Below are positions 47,989-57,970 of a stretch of DNA of 64,000 nt, piece after piece. The translations under genes were made by a program, and so were the position numbers. The stretch comes from Flavobacteriales bacterium (lineage in GTDB: Bacteria; Bacteroidota; Bacteroidia; Flavobacteriales; Schleiferiaceae). The notes under the pieces are model-generated. The model had not been told where the DNA came from and did not search any database. It saw only the letters and a list, made by a program, of their open reading frames with translations. The first letter of the stretch is position 1, and every line of letters begins with the position of its first letter. The DNA lies in assembly GCA_007693635.1 (NCBI GenBank), contig REDE01000127.1, forward strand, positions 2,095-66,094, read 5' to 3'.

Positions 47989-50900
47989 ATGTTTGAACGT
48001 CTATTTTATTTGTTTTCGATTAATCTAATGCTCGCTACCTTCTCGGTAATTGGCCAGCATGGTTTGTACGATCTTGAAGATAGGCAGCGACAAAATCAAC
48101 TACTACAAAATCTGCTTGAATCATCTAGTGCGCGTAGCTTGAGGGTTGAAAATTGGCTGCAAACCCACCAAAAAAATCGGTATTTCAGGGATAGCTTAGG
48201 AACATACTATACGGTATTTGATGTTATTTCGAACCAATATCCACTTTACCAAATCTCTGCAAACTCGACGATCGCCAGCATACTACAAACCAGCACATTA
48301 TTCCCATCAAATAGTTTCAATCTCAGTGGTAATGGTATTGAAATAGGTCTTTGGGAAGCTGGAAACCAAGCTCCTTTGGCGAGTCACGAACAATTGACTA
48401 GTAGAATTTCTAATCCCGATAACATTGCTATAGGCTCCCACGCAACTTGGATTGCGGGAACCTTAATTGCTTCAGGGAATGGAAATCCCAATGCAAAGGG
48501 AATGGCTCCCGAGGCATCTATTGTGGTGCGAAGGGACGATAACACACCCGAACTACTCCAATTTGGAATGAATGAAGGACTCATTTCCGACCATTCGTAT
48601 CAGGTACCTGTAGGTTGGTTTTTCGATGGAACTGAATGGACCTGGTGGGCTGATACTTCAATAACTCAAACTTCAGCGCATCGATTTGGACAGTATAGCG
48701 ATATAGACCAAGAGCTTGACAAAATTGCTAGAGTCACACAGTATCATTTAATAGTCAGGGCAACAGGAAATCTACGCGGCATTGAACCTCCAAGCAATAC
48801 CAACTACTGGACTTGGGATGGGAATGGCTGGATCACTCTAAATACCAACTCGTTTCCTCGCGAAAAAAATGGCGGAGCAGATGGGTACGATTGCATCCCT
48901 ATGGGCGCCGTTGCAAAAAATATTTTAACTGTAGGGGGAGTAACAAAAAATCAGATTAATGGATTTTACGAAAACATGAGCGTAAGCGGTTGGGGGCCCG
49001 CAGACGACGGGCGAATAAAACCCGACTTAGTTGCACCGGGAAGCGACGTGACTTCCACCAGCAATAGTGCAGATAACGCATACGGCGGCGGAACGGGCAC
49101 TTCATTCTCAACGGCTGCTGTAAGTGGCTCTCTAGTTCTCGTTCAGGAAATGATGATGCGAAAAAGCAACAGACCGCTTTTAGCCTCAACTCTAAAAGGG
49201 CTAGCCATACACACGGCAAATTCTAATGACTCTATAGCAGGACCCAATTATCGAACAGGTTGGGGATTGCTAAACACCGAAGCCGCTGTAGAATTAATTG
49301 AAAACCTGGAAAACGGAATAATCATCGAGCGTGACTTGGAACAAGGTGAGGAATTTGTTCTTCGGTTTCTCAATGAAGGAAACAAAAAAGTCAAAGCGAC
49401 AATTTGCTGGATAGATCCTGAATCACCGCTAATTGACGATCTTTTGAATGACCGCAGTCCACGACTGGTTAACGATCTGGATATACGTTTGACACACGAC
49501 CCCGATAACACTTCTGCCGCTCAAGTGTTTTTCCCTTGGAAACTCGATCCAAATACCCCCTCAGCTGCGGCAACGAGAGCTGATAATAGCGTAGATAATG
49601 TAGAAGTTATTGAACCCGAAACAACTCCAAACGGTCTCTGGGAATTAAGAGTGACGTACAAAAATTCGTTAAGTGATGGCTCGCAAAGATTTTCATTAAT
49701 ACTCGAAGGCGTACCCTTTGAGTGGAATGCAAGTTCTGCAAATGATACACTGTGGTCGACACCGAGTAATTGGAAAGGAAACGCCGTTCCTCCCGAAAAC
49801 GCCTGGGTATATGTAGGCCCTGGCAAAAGTCAACTCACACTAGACCTCACCAGTAATATTGGCGCATTAACGGTAAACGAAAATGCTAATGTCGTAATCT
49901 ATGGTGAACTGGAGGTTAACGGCGACATTCACAATAGAGGCAATGTGTTCATTAAGGATGGACAACTAAAATGGAATGGGTCGTACTGGGGAGAAATTGA
50001 TTATTTGAGAAGTGGGAAGAATAACTGGGTAAGCATTGGCGCACCAACATCCAACACCATAGCCAATCAACTGGGAAATGTATCACCCGCACAAGGAAAT
50101 GGCTTCTCATGGAATGCCAATGATGCAGAATGGGAAAGCATTAACCCCAATGATACTTTGAAGCCGGGCGCCGGGCACCTCGTCTTTTATGGAAATTTTG
50201 GCGTTGACACAAGTTTTGCCAGCATTCATTTTAATGGCAAGCCCAACCAAAAATCCTTTTTCGAACTCGGATACAATGACGGAACAAGCTCATCAGCAAC
50301 ATTCACCAACGGAAACGGAGAAGCAGGCTGGAACCTACTAAGCAACCCATTTACCTCCGCGCTAGATTTTAGCACCTGGTTCTCTATGGATTTTGATTTA
50401 GAAAATGCTTTTTACATTTGGAATTCTGTTGACGAAGAATACCAAGCATACAGTCCGGCAGTAAACGGCATATTAACTCCTCATATCGCTCCATTACAGG
50501 GTTTCTGGGTGCAAAAAAAATCGCATGCACCACCAACAGTGCTTCCCAACACTTCCATAAGAAAACATGCTGTGCTAAGTACTGCAGCAAATTTCTTAAG
50601 AGATGAGCCATTCAACACCCTCATATTGGTGCTTGAAAACAACCTTCGCAAGGACTCTACATTTTTGGTATTCATCGACGGGACGAGTAATCAGTATGAT
50701 TCAGGTTGGGATGCCTGGAAATTGCCTTCTCAAAAATTAGACTTAGCAACCCGAGAGACTGATGATTATTTATCGATAAATGCGGTGGATGTGCCAAACT
50801 CAAAAGGATCAATTGAACTTCACGTATACAGTGAAGTCGCAAATAGCACACACGAATTTCGTCTTAACACGCGGTTTTTAAGTGACGATTTAAGTGTTTG

Positions 50901-51288
50901 GCTGGAAGACAAGCAACTAGAGCGTTTTGCAAATCTTAGAGAGAATCCTTATATCTTCACAATCGATACCAACCAAATAACTGGTCGATTCATTCTGCAT
51001 TACGGGATGCTAAACCTAGACCGTGAAGATTTTATTTTCAATGACAAAAACAAAGACCTATTCCTTTACCACTTTGGAAACGAGCTTCATCTACATGCAG
51101 TTAACCAAGATTTCAAAGATTTACAAATTGATGTATTTCATTCTGGCGGACAGAAAGTATTTACCAGTAACATTCAAGAGTTACCTGTTGGAAGTCAGGA
51201 AGCCATCACGCTTCCTAAACTTCCATCCGGTCTTTATGTGGCGGTAGTGAATAATGGCAGACAGCACATAAAATTCATTATTCCCTAA
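47989..51288 (+). CDS. S8 (subtilisin-like) peptidase-family protein with a T9SS type A C-terminal sorting domain
   Basis: ORF 47974..51288. The preferred start is ATG 47989 (MFERLFYLFSINLMLATFSVIGQ). The His motif is GSHATWIAGT and the Ser motif is GTGTSFSTAAVSG. The position expected for the catalytic Asp reads GLWEAG. The C-terminus is LPSGLYVAVVNNGRQHIKFIIP. Confidence 0.75.
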   Translation: MFERLFYLFSINLMLATFSVIGQHGLYDLEDRQRQNQLLQNLLESSSARSLRVENWLQTHQKNRYFRDSLGTYYTVFDVISNQYPLYQISANSTIASILQTSTLFPSNSFNLSGNGIEIGLWEAGNQAPLASHEQLTSRISNPDNIAIGSHATWIAGTLIASGNGNPNAKGMAPEASIVVRRDDNTPELLQFGMNEGLISDHSYQVPVGWFFDGTEWTWWADTSITQTSAHRFGQYSDIDQELDKIARVTQYHLIVRATGNLRGIEPPSNTNYWTWDGNGWITLNTNSFPREKNGGADGYDCIPMGAVAKNILTVGGVTKNQINGFYENMSVSGWGPADDGRIKPDLVAPGSDVTSTSNSADNAYGGGTGTSFSTAAVSGSLVLVQEMMMRKSNRPLLASTLKGLAIHTANSNDSIAGPNYRTGWGLLNTEAAVELIENLENGIIIERDLEQGEEFVLRFLNEGNKKVKATICWIDPESPLIDDLLNDRSPRLVNDLDIRLTHDPDNTSAAQVFFPWKLDPNTPSAAATRADNSVDNVEVIEPETTPNGLWELRVTYKNSLSDGSQRFSLILEGVPFEWNASSANDTLWSTPSNWKGNAVPPENAWVYVGPGKSQLTLDLTSNIGALTVNENANVVIYGELEVNGDIHNRGNVFIKDGQLKWNGSYWGEIDYLRSGKNNWVSIGAPTSNTIANQLGNVSPAQGNGFSWNANDAEWESINPNDTLKPGAGHLVFYGNFGVDTSFASIHFNGKPNQKSFFELGYNDGTSSSATFTNGNGEAGWNLLSNPFTSALDFSTWFSMDFDLENAFYIWNSVDEEYQAYSPAVNGILTPHIAPLQGFWVQKKSHAPPTVLPNTSIRKHAVLSTAANFLRDEPFNTLILVLENNLRKDSTFLVFIDGTSNQYDSGWDAWKLPSQKLDLATRETDDYLSINAVDVPNSKGSIELHVYSEVANSTHEFRLNTRFLSDDLSVWLEDKQLERFANLRENPYIFTIDTNQITGRFILHYGMLNLDREDFIFNDKNKDLFLYHFGNELHLHAVNQDFKDLQIDVFHSGGQKVFTSNIQELPVGSQEAITLPKLPSGLYVAVVNNGRQHIKFIIP

Positions 51289-51291
51289 AAA

Positions 51292-54200
51292 TCACAGAAC
51301 AATTCGAACTGCTTTTCTATCATTTTGCAACAAATACACACCTTTTGGCAAATGCTCCAAACTAAACTCGTGTAGCCCTTCATCTGCAATTCTAAAGTTC
51401 GCAACCTCCCTTCCGGTAACGTCAAAGATTTTTAGCTTGATCTCCTGCGAAAAAGGCAGATCAATAAAGAGACGTTTTTCGTATACCCATGAACGAAACT
51501 TTTTTTCCTGTGAGGGTGCCTCAGTGGAAAGTTCTGGCTGTGAAATAGCTCCGACGTGAAGAACAAAGCGATCAAATAATGTGTCTGATTGTGAAGGCAG
51601 CCAAGAGAATGGTCGAACTCTAAGATCGTGAAAAACTCCTTGATCAACATCTTCCAGCCACAATCCAACATGCCCATTTCCGTAGTCGTTCAACAAACTA
51701 ATTTGGTGAATATTTCCATCAACCACCGGGTAAACGGTCAACGGAATTCGCCGAAAAGAGTCCAGGGGAGGAAGATATAATATGGCGTTCGAATCCGCAT
51801 AGAAGCTTGGCTGCGAAGGATCATTCGCCATTTTATGTCCGTCAAGTGCGTGATCAAAACCTTCCGTTGCATCTGCATGAAAACCCAGCACCCACTCCTC
51901 GTCGTGGTACGCTTCATTTTCAAGTTTAAATTTAAATCGCAAATGTGGGTCCGTCTCCATCCGCTTCAGTCGCCTTTCTCTATTCCAAACCCTGCTCGAT
52001 GATCTAAAGGTCAATTGATGTCCGCTTCCCGTTCCGGCGGCATTTGCCCGAATCCAAAATGCCTGCATAGGAGGAATATAGCGGGAATCATCCGTTTCGG
52101 TTATCCCTACAGCTTTAAAGCCTGAATTTTCTGCATTGCGAATGTATATCGTCCCTTCCACATGATTAGGTATATTTTGATCATGCCAATCATACGTCAT
52201 GTAGAATGGATTTGAAATCAGATTCCAACCATCCCGAACTCCGGAAACGGTTATACTTTGAGAAGTTGTACCGAAGCCGAGAATAACAGACATATCCATC
52301 CCGTCAGTAACGGGTCCCGCTGCCTGAATTACTCCCGGCAGTGCTCGAGTAAAAGTCCCATGAGGTGTAGTCCCAGCAAAAAGCATGTATCCCCTACCCC
52401 TTTCAAAAGTTGAATCGGAGGGCAAACTGTAATCGCCGGCGCTCGCATCCCAAGAAAACAGTACACTCTGCGATGGGTTTGAAAAATTAAAATGCGCTCC
52501 TGAATCCGCAAGATTGGTGAATAAGCCCTCAGAAGCCGCGCCAACCATATACCATCTTGCTCCTTCATTCTGGGAGTCTGCCAAATACATGGACTGGACG
52601 ACCGTACCACTGCCAGAAACCGTGTAGTGCTCCATCATTCCGTAGAACGTATCATTAGCTGCGAGTTCGATTACACCATGATGTACCAGATTACCCAAGA
52701 CTTTTACATTTCCAAACCGCAAATGAGCGGAACTATTCGTCAACAAGTTACCCCCTAAACTCATCTCCAAATAATCACCCGAAAAATTCCCTCCAAACTC
52801 GACAGAATCAACGAGCTCTACTTTTGTCCCGGATAAAAAATGCACCAAACCCGGAGCTTCCCAAAGTTGCTTATTTCCCCCAAGATTTCGCAGGGCATAG
52901 TCGACGGTATTGGTGAAAATTGCCGTTCCCGCTACGTGCATGTCACCAGCAATTATCGTCCGCATGCTAAAGGTATACGACGCATTTTCACCCATAAAAA
53001 AATCGCCCTGAATAGTAACCGGATTTACCGAAGAGAATGCGAAGGGCTGTGGATTTCCCAAAATATGAAGACTGGGATAAATCTGATTCACCATTGAAGG
53101 TGTTCCCGAAAATGCAACTCCATATACCCAAATTGCATCACGATAATCGCTTTGAGTTTTGATCAAAGTACTTACTAATGTTGCGGTAGCTCGATTCGTA
53201 TTATGAATATAGGTACCCCCTCCTTTGATCAGCCAAGAATTTGTAAAAAAACCGCCGCCACTCATGCTGCCGGCCTCATTGATAAATACGCCTTTTTCGG
53301 AAATCACCAAACCAGAATCCTGCGCACTGAGATGCAATCCAAAAGTATTTGATGATGGCAACTTGACATAAATCGAATCTGTAGGGCGAACGTAAAGTGC
53401 GGTTAAATCGATTCGTCGAGCGGGAAGATCGATGTGGTAGGGGCCCGAAACTAACGAATTATCCAAGATCACCGTATCAAAAACCGCGGGTATACGTCCT
53501 CCGGTCCAGTTATTCAAATCGTCCCAAACTCCTGGAACACCCCCTCCCGTATAATAATGTGATAGGGCGTTCAAGGTTGAAAATCCAAACTCCAAGGAGG
53601 ATGACCACGCATTGCCATCAAATGCATAAACGGCTAAAGTATAGGTTGTCCCGGGCTGCAATCCGTGAAGTTCCGCTTGATAATCATTGGAAGCGTACAC
53701 AACGTACGAGTTATTACCCAAATCAGATCCCAAACCAAAAAAAGCATTCGCCGTATACGACGAAGCAAGGGGGGATGAGGGCGTGCCAGCTCCTTCCTTG
53801 GCGACCACTAGAAAATAGTCAGTACAAGGATGCCCGGTCCAAGAAAAGAAAGCCTCGGCATAGCCTACGGAATCAATTGAAGCCTGTGCAGGAGCGGGCA
53901 AATTTGTTGGACAGCTACTACTCATAATATTCCAGCTTAGCGAAAAATTGTCGATGGCGTAGACATCTCGACTTCCCGAGCCTGAGGAAGCCGACAAAAC
54001 AGCAAAACGAATCCATACCGGCGTAGACTGATTATCGGCATCCGTACCGAGAGAATACAAGGATGACGTACTTCCCCAGTCACTTGAATCGGCATTCATT
54101 GGCAGGGTAAATGAACCCAGTGTTTGCCAAACCTGCCCTTCATCGACCGAATATTGAACCACAACGGAATATTCACGACCTTGAGGGTCGAGCAAAAGAT

Positions 54201-54609
54201 GATCCACTGAGAAAGAGAGTGACTCTCTAAATAATGTGTTGGATATTTTAAAAACTATTGAAGCGCCCGGATCGCCGAAAGAATTAGTTAGTCGCCACCC
54301 TAAGGCTCTATTTGGGTGAGCGGCCTGTTGAGTTGCAGTCGCAGTACTTGACAAACCTATTGCGGAAGAGACATTCCTAAATCCTCCCGTCAAATTGGCC
54401 CAACTAACAATAGAAGGCGAAAACGCAACCGGCACGCCAACTGAACCAGAAGTAGATGATTGATAAACAGACCACCCTGGAGGCAAACCATTTGATAGTT
54501 CATCAAAATTCTGCTGATAATTCGTCCCCACTGGAAGTAACAGCTCCGACTGTCCATAAGCACTAAGTTGCCATAACGCTAAAAAAAGCAGTGCGAAAAA
54601 TTTTTTCAT
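51292..54609 (-). CDS. Large secreted protein with a T9SS type A C-terminal sorting domain
   Basis: ORF 51292..54711. The preferred start is ATG 54609 (MKKFFALLFLALWQLSAYGQ). The C-terminus is KIFDVTGREVANF...LPKGVYLLQNDRKAVRIVL. It shares a module with the convergent S8 gene. Confidence 0.7.
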   Translation of the reverse strand: MKKFFALLFLALWQLSAYGQSELLLPVGTNYQQNFDELSNGLPPGWSVYQSSTSGSVGVPVAFSPSIVSWANLTGGFRNVSSAIGLSSTATATQQAAHPNRALGWRLTNSFGDPGASIVFKISNTLFRESLSFSVDHLLLDPQGREYSVVVQYSVDEGQVWQTLGSFTLPMNADSSDWGSTSSLYSLGTDADNQSTPVWIRFAVLSASSGSGSRDVYAIDNFSLSWNIMSSSCPTNLPAPAQASIDSVGYAEAFFSWTGHPCTDYFLVVAKEGAGTPSSPLASSYTANAFFGLGSDLGNNSYVVYASNDYQAELHGLQPGTTYTLAVYAFDGNAWSSSLEFGFSTLNALSHYYTGGGVPGVWDDLNNWTGGRIPAVFDTVILDNSLVSGPYHIDLPARRIDLTALYVRPTDSIYVKLPSSNTFGLHLSAQDSGLVISEKGVFINEAGSMSGGGFFTNSWLIKGGGTYIHNTNRATATLVSTLIKTQSDYRDAIWVYGVAFSGTPSMVNQIYPSLHILGNPQPFAFSSVNPVTIQGDFFMGENASYTFSMRTIIAGDMHVAGTAIFTNTVDYALRNLGGNKQLWEAPGLVHFLSGTKVELVDSVEFGGNFSGDYLEMSLGGNLLTNSSAHLRFGNVKVLGNLVHHGVIELAANDTFYGMMEHYTVSGSGTVVQSMYLADSQNEGARWYMVGAASEGLFTNLADSGAHFNFSNPSQSVLFSWDASAGDYSLPSDSTFERGRGYMLFAGTTPHGTFTRALPGVIQAAGPVTDGMDMSVILGFGTTSQSITVSGVRDGWNLISNPFYMTYDWHDQNIPNHVEGTIYIRNAENSGFKAVGITETDDSRYIPPMQAFWIRANAAGTGSGHQLTFRSSSRVWNRERRLKRMETDPHLRFKFKLENEAYHDEEWVLGFHADATEGFDHALDGHKMANDPSQPSFYADSNAILYLPPLDSFRRIPLTVYPVVDGNIHQISLLNDYGNGHVGLWLEDVDQGVFHDLRVRPFSWLPSQSDTLFDRFVLHVGAISQPELSTEAPSQEKKFRSWVYEKRLFIDLPFSQEIKLKIFDVTGREVANFRIADEGLHEFSLEHLPKGVYLLQNDRKAVRIVL

Positions 54610-54710
54610 TTTACTAATTTTTAATGTTAAACAATGACCGACACACCTGGGAACTTCAATTGCCAAAACAGAATATCCAGACAAAAATCCAGAACAATCA
54701 TAGAAAGTCA

Positions 54711-54753
54711 ATTTTCTGATTGTATTTAGACTAACGAACAGTAATCAGAAAAT
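54711..54753. repeat. 11-bp perfect inverted repeat with a 21-nt spacer
   Basis: The arms are attttctgatt (54711..54721) and aatcagaaaat (54743..54753). It lies about 100 nt upstream of the ATG at 54609. Confidence 0.6.
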
Positions 54754-54874
54754 TTAACACTCAAGACTTGATCAAGGAGCTAACATATCAATTCCTAGGC
54801 GAGCAACAAAAGTAGGAAAAGTTTTTCAATAACAAAATATTTTTAACAGAATTTCCCTACATTTTTATTCATCC

Positions 54875-54919
54875 AATAAAAACCCCCCAAAGAATCGCGT
54901 GCACGAGACCTTTGGGGGG
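54875..54919 (-). terminator. Rho-independent terminator downstream of tmk
   Basis: The 10-bp stem ccccccaaag / ctttgggggg has a 17-nt loop. The minus strand continues TTTTTATT. Confidence 0.8.
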
Positions 54920-54961
54920 CGTAAAAATTGATGAGTGGCTGCCAGAGCCGAGGAAACTATT

Positions 54962-55582
54962 TTACATAAATTGTTCTAGAATTTTCTTCACGTCCTTAAA
55001 TACCTTATCCACAGAGTCGTTACCATTAACGCGGGCAATTTTCTCTTGATTCTCTATACGGGAGATTGCAATTTCGTAGGCATTTTTTACCGAGCGAAGA
55101 TTCTCTTCAGTTTCGTAGAGCTCTGCTGAGGGTCTAGTAGCATTGATGCGTTGCATGCTCACCACGGGATCCATATCGATGTAGATATGAACATCTGGCT
55201 GCAGGAGTTCTTTACTAATTCGATTACTTTCCACCACCCAATCGAGGTCGGTATGCACTCCGTGATACGCATACGACGAAAGGTAATAGCGATCGGTCAG
55301 TACCGTATATCCCTCTTCGAGTTTACGAATGAGTCCGTCCTTTTCATCCAGTAAATGCTGAAGGCGATCAGCGGCGAAGAGCGCGGCAATCACACGGTGA
55401 TCTCCCTCCATCTTACCGGCGAAAATATCGCGAATCATTCGACCAATTGGTCCACGTGTAGGCTCAGCTGTTGCGTAGACCTTATGGCCATTTTCTTGGA
55501 GGAAGGCTGCTATTTTGGGAATTTGCGTAGTTTTACCACTACCATCTATACCTTCGAGGGCTATAAAAAGATTTTTTGACAT
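54962..55582 (-). CDS. tmk: dTMP (thymidylate) kinase
   Basis: ORF 54962..55600. The preferred start is ATG 55582 (MSKNLFIALEGIDGSGKTTQ). It has a P-loop, a DRY motif (TDRYYLSSYAY) and a lid region. Confidence 0.92.
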   Translation of the reverse strand: MSKNLFIALEGIDGSGKTTQIPKIAAFLQENGHKVYATAEPTRGPIGRMIRDIFAGKMEGDHRVIAALFAADRLQHLLDEKDGLIRKLEEGYTVLTDRYYLSSYAYHGVHTDLDWVVESNRISKELLQPDVHIYIDMDPVVSMQRINATRPSAELYETEENLRSVKNAYEIAISRIENQEKIARVNGNDSVDKVFKDVKKILEQFM

Positions 55583-55704
55583 GAGGCAAATTTTGCCCAA
55601 AAGTAATCATAAAGCTTGGGATTTTAAAGGTATATATCGCCTAATATCGCTTACATTTGTGACCCAAGAAGACACAATCGCCATTTACTCTAACAATCAA
55701 CATC

Positions 55705-56619
55705 ATGCGCTTTAACCGCAAATTCCTCATACTCCCTCTCCTTTTCAGTATCCTAGCTTGCTCGGAATCCATCGAATTAGAATTGAATCCCAAAGCCGGT
55801 AAAACGCATCAACTGAATTCTACCGGACTGAGTACTGTCCAACAAATCATTAATGGGGAAGATATCGTAATGACTTCCGAAACAGTTATGAATATCGATT
55901 TCACTCCCATGGATGCTGGGGAGTTTCGCAATTCGGTGATAGAAGCGCAGTTTAGCAAAATCTCCCTTTTAGCGCAATCCAAATTCGGGGAAGTGTTCTT
56001 CGAATCGGGAAAAGACCAATACGACGACATCACCGAGTATATGATAAGCAGACTGACAAAGTTTCCCTTTAATGTTCAAATGCGTGCCAACGGGGAAGTA
56101 TCCAAAATTTCCGGTATCAACCGGGTCATTTCTGAAGCATTTAAAATTGTGGACTACAGCGAAGATGAAGGAAATGTAATTCGCGAAGCTTTGCTTTTGA
56201 GTTACGGTCCTGAGCCCTTGACCAGTCACATAGAAATGGCCTTATCGATTTTGCCCACTGGTCCGGTAAAACTAGGAGACACTTGGAATACGAGCACGCT
56301 TCTACGCAGCAACGTTTATGCAAGAGCTCAAACCACGTGCAAATTGGAAAAAATCGAGAGAGACTACGTTCTCATTCGTACGGAATCGGAAGTCATTCCG
56401 GAAGACAAAAATCGTTATGTAAACATCTCGGGCGCACCAATGCGTTATGATGTTCAGGGTGCAAGCAGAGGACTTTACCGCGTCAATCGCAAAACCGGCT
56501 GGACGGAGCAAGCAACAATCGACATGAATCTAGAAGGAACTTCGTACACCAGAAGTCCAGACGGCAAAGAAATTGCCATTCCACTAAAAATCAGCTCAAA
56601 AATAGAATTTACCAACTAA
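55705..56619 (+). CDS. Hypothetical lipoprotein
   Basis: 304 aa. It has a signal peptide with the lipobox SILACS and no motif I can assign. Its stop overlaps the miaA stop (convergent, 4 nt). Confidence 0.5.
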   Translation: MRFNRKFLILPLLFSILACSESIELELNPKAGKTHQLNSTGLSTVQQIINGEDIVMTSETVMNIDFTPMDAGEFRNSVIEAQFSKISLLAQSKFGEVFFESGKDQYDDITEYMISRLTKFPFNVQMRANGEVSKISGINRVISEAFKIVDYSEDEGNVIREALLLSYGPEPLTSHIEMALSILPTGPVKLGDTWNTSTLLRSNVYARAQTTCKLEKIERDYVLIRTESEVIPEDKNRYVNISGAPMRYDVQGASRGLYRVNRKTGWTEQATIDMNLEGTSYTRSPDGKEIAIPLKISSKIEFTN

Positions 56620-57500
56620 ATTTTGGGCACAACACCCGGTGAAAGCCACTGCAAATCCTTTTCCTGATTGCGAAACCAGGTATATTGACGCTTGGCATAC
56701 CGGCGAGTATTTTGTTTGATTTTTTCTACCGCAGCCTCCAACGAGCACTGACCATCCAAATACTCGAAGAGCTCCCGATAACCGACCGTCTGCAAAGCCT
56801 GATGGGTTCGGTAAGCAAAAGCCCGCTTCACCTCATCGAGTAATCCCAATTCCATCATAGCATCTACCCGCCGATTGATTCTTTGGTAGAGCAACTCCCG
56901 AGGATCCCACATAATTCCGTATTTCACAACGGGAATCGTCAATACCTCTTGATTTTTGCTTTGAAAAAACGACATTGGCTTACCCGTTTCACGAACAACT
57001 TCCAAGACTCTGGACAGTCTACGCTGATTTTGCGTGTCGGAGTTAGCAAACCAGTCCGGATCAAATCGCTGAACTTCCGATTGCAGCCAAGCCATTCCAT
57101 TTTCATTCAAATCATTCTGAACCGATACACGCACCTCCGAACTTATCGGCGGTATATCGTCAAAACCATAAAGCAAAGCACTTAAATACATTCCACTACC
57201 CCCAACAACAACCAAATTATCGTTTTTAGAAAAGTAATCACGCATCCAAATGCGGGCTTCCTCAGCAAACATACCCGCGCTGTAATTCTGCGAAATACTT
57301 TTATTGCCAACAAAATGATGGGGTATACCATCCATTTCGTCTAATGTTGGAGCGGCTGTACCAATGGGGATTTCTCGAAAAAACTGACGAGAATCAAAAG
57401 AAAGAATCTCAGCCGAAAGCTCTTTAGCTAAAGCGATCGACAAGGCGGTTTTTCCACTTGCGGTTGGACCGGCAATTACAATGATTTTGGACTGCTGCAA
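56616..57500 (-). CDS. miaA: tRNA dimethylallyltransferase
   Basis: 294 aa. It has the P-loop AGPTASGKT, GGSGMYL, and a C-terminus YAKRQYTWFR. The apparent start codon is TTG, with no in-frame ATG nearby. Confidence 0.93.
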   Translation of the reverse strand: MQQSKIIVIAGPTASGKTALSIALAKELSAEILSFDSRQFFREIPIGTAAPTLDEMDGIPHHFVGNKSISQNYSAGMFAEEARIWMRDYFSKNDNLVVVGGSGMYLSALLYGFDDIPPISSEVRVSVQNDLNENGMAWLQSEVQRFDPDWFANSDTQNQRRLSRVLEVVRETGKPMSFFQSKNQEVLTIPVVKYGIMWDPRELLYQRINRRVDAMMELGLLDEVKRAFAYRTHQALQTVGYRELFEYLDGQCSLEAAVEKIKQNTRRYAKRQYTWFRNQEKDLQWLSPGVVPKI

Positions 57501-57618
57501 AACGAGAAATATTGAAAGAAGTATTAATTATTGCATGTTCGGGAGCCTACCCTTCGTGCATTCAAAAAAAATTTGTACCTTTAGACGGTAAATATAGGAC
57601 TAAAAAACAGACAAAATT

Positions 57619-57918
57619 ATGAATGCAATCAACACATATGATGTTCCCGTAATTGAGAAGGAGCTCATTTCACAAATGAAATTTCCAAAGGATAAAGTAA
57701 GCATTACATCCGAAGAAAGCAGTATTCTTCAGCGTGAATTACAAAAAGCCACAACCTTAGGTAATTTGAGTAAACATAAAGTCACCATTGTCTTTTCAGA
57801 TGAAGAAGGCATAAAAAAAGTCACAACGACCATATGGGCAATCACGGAGAAAAATGTGATTCTAAAGCAAAGCATATCAATACCGATTCACCGAATTCAC
57901 TCTGTACAACTAGTGTAA
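57619..57918 (+). CDS. Hypothetical 99-aa protein, predicted helix followed by five short beta strands (possibly Sm-like)
   Basis: It is a clean ORF followed by a strong terminator and lies divergent from miaA. The C-terminal half is KVTIVFSDEEGIKKVTTTIWAITEKNVILKQSISIPIHRIHSVQLV. Confidence 0.5.
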   Translation: MNAINTYDVPVIEKELISQMKFPKDKVSITSEESSILQRELQKATTLGNLSKHKVTIVFSDEEGIKKVTTTIWAITEKNVILKQSISIPIHRIHSVQLV

Positions 57919-57970
57919 ATGAAGTGCTAAAGCGCAATTATCAGATGAATTAAGGGTATATTTTCAAATT

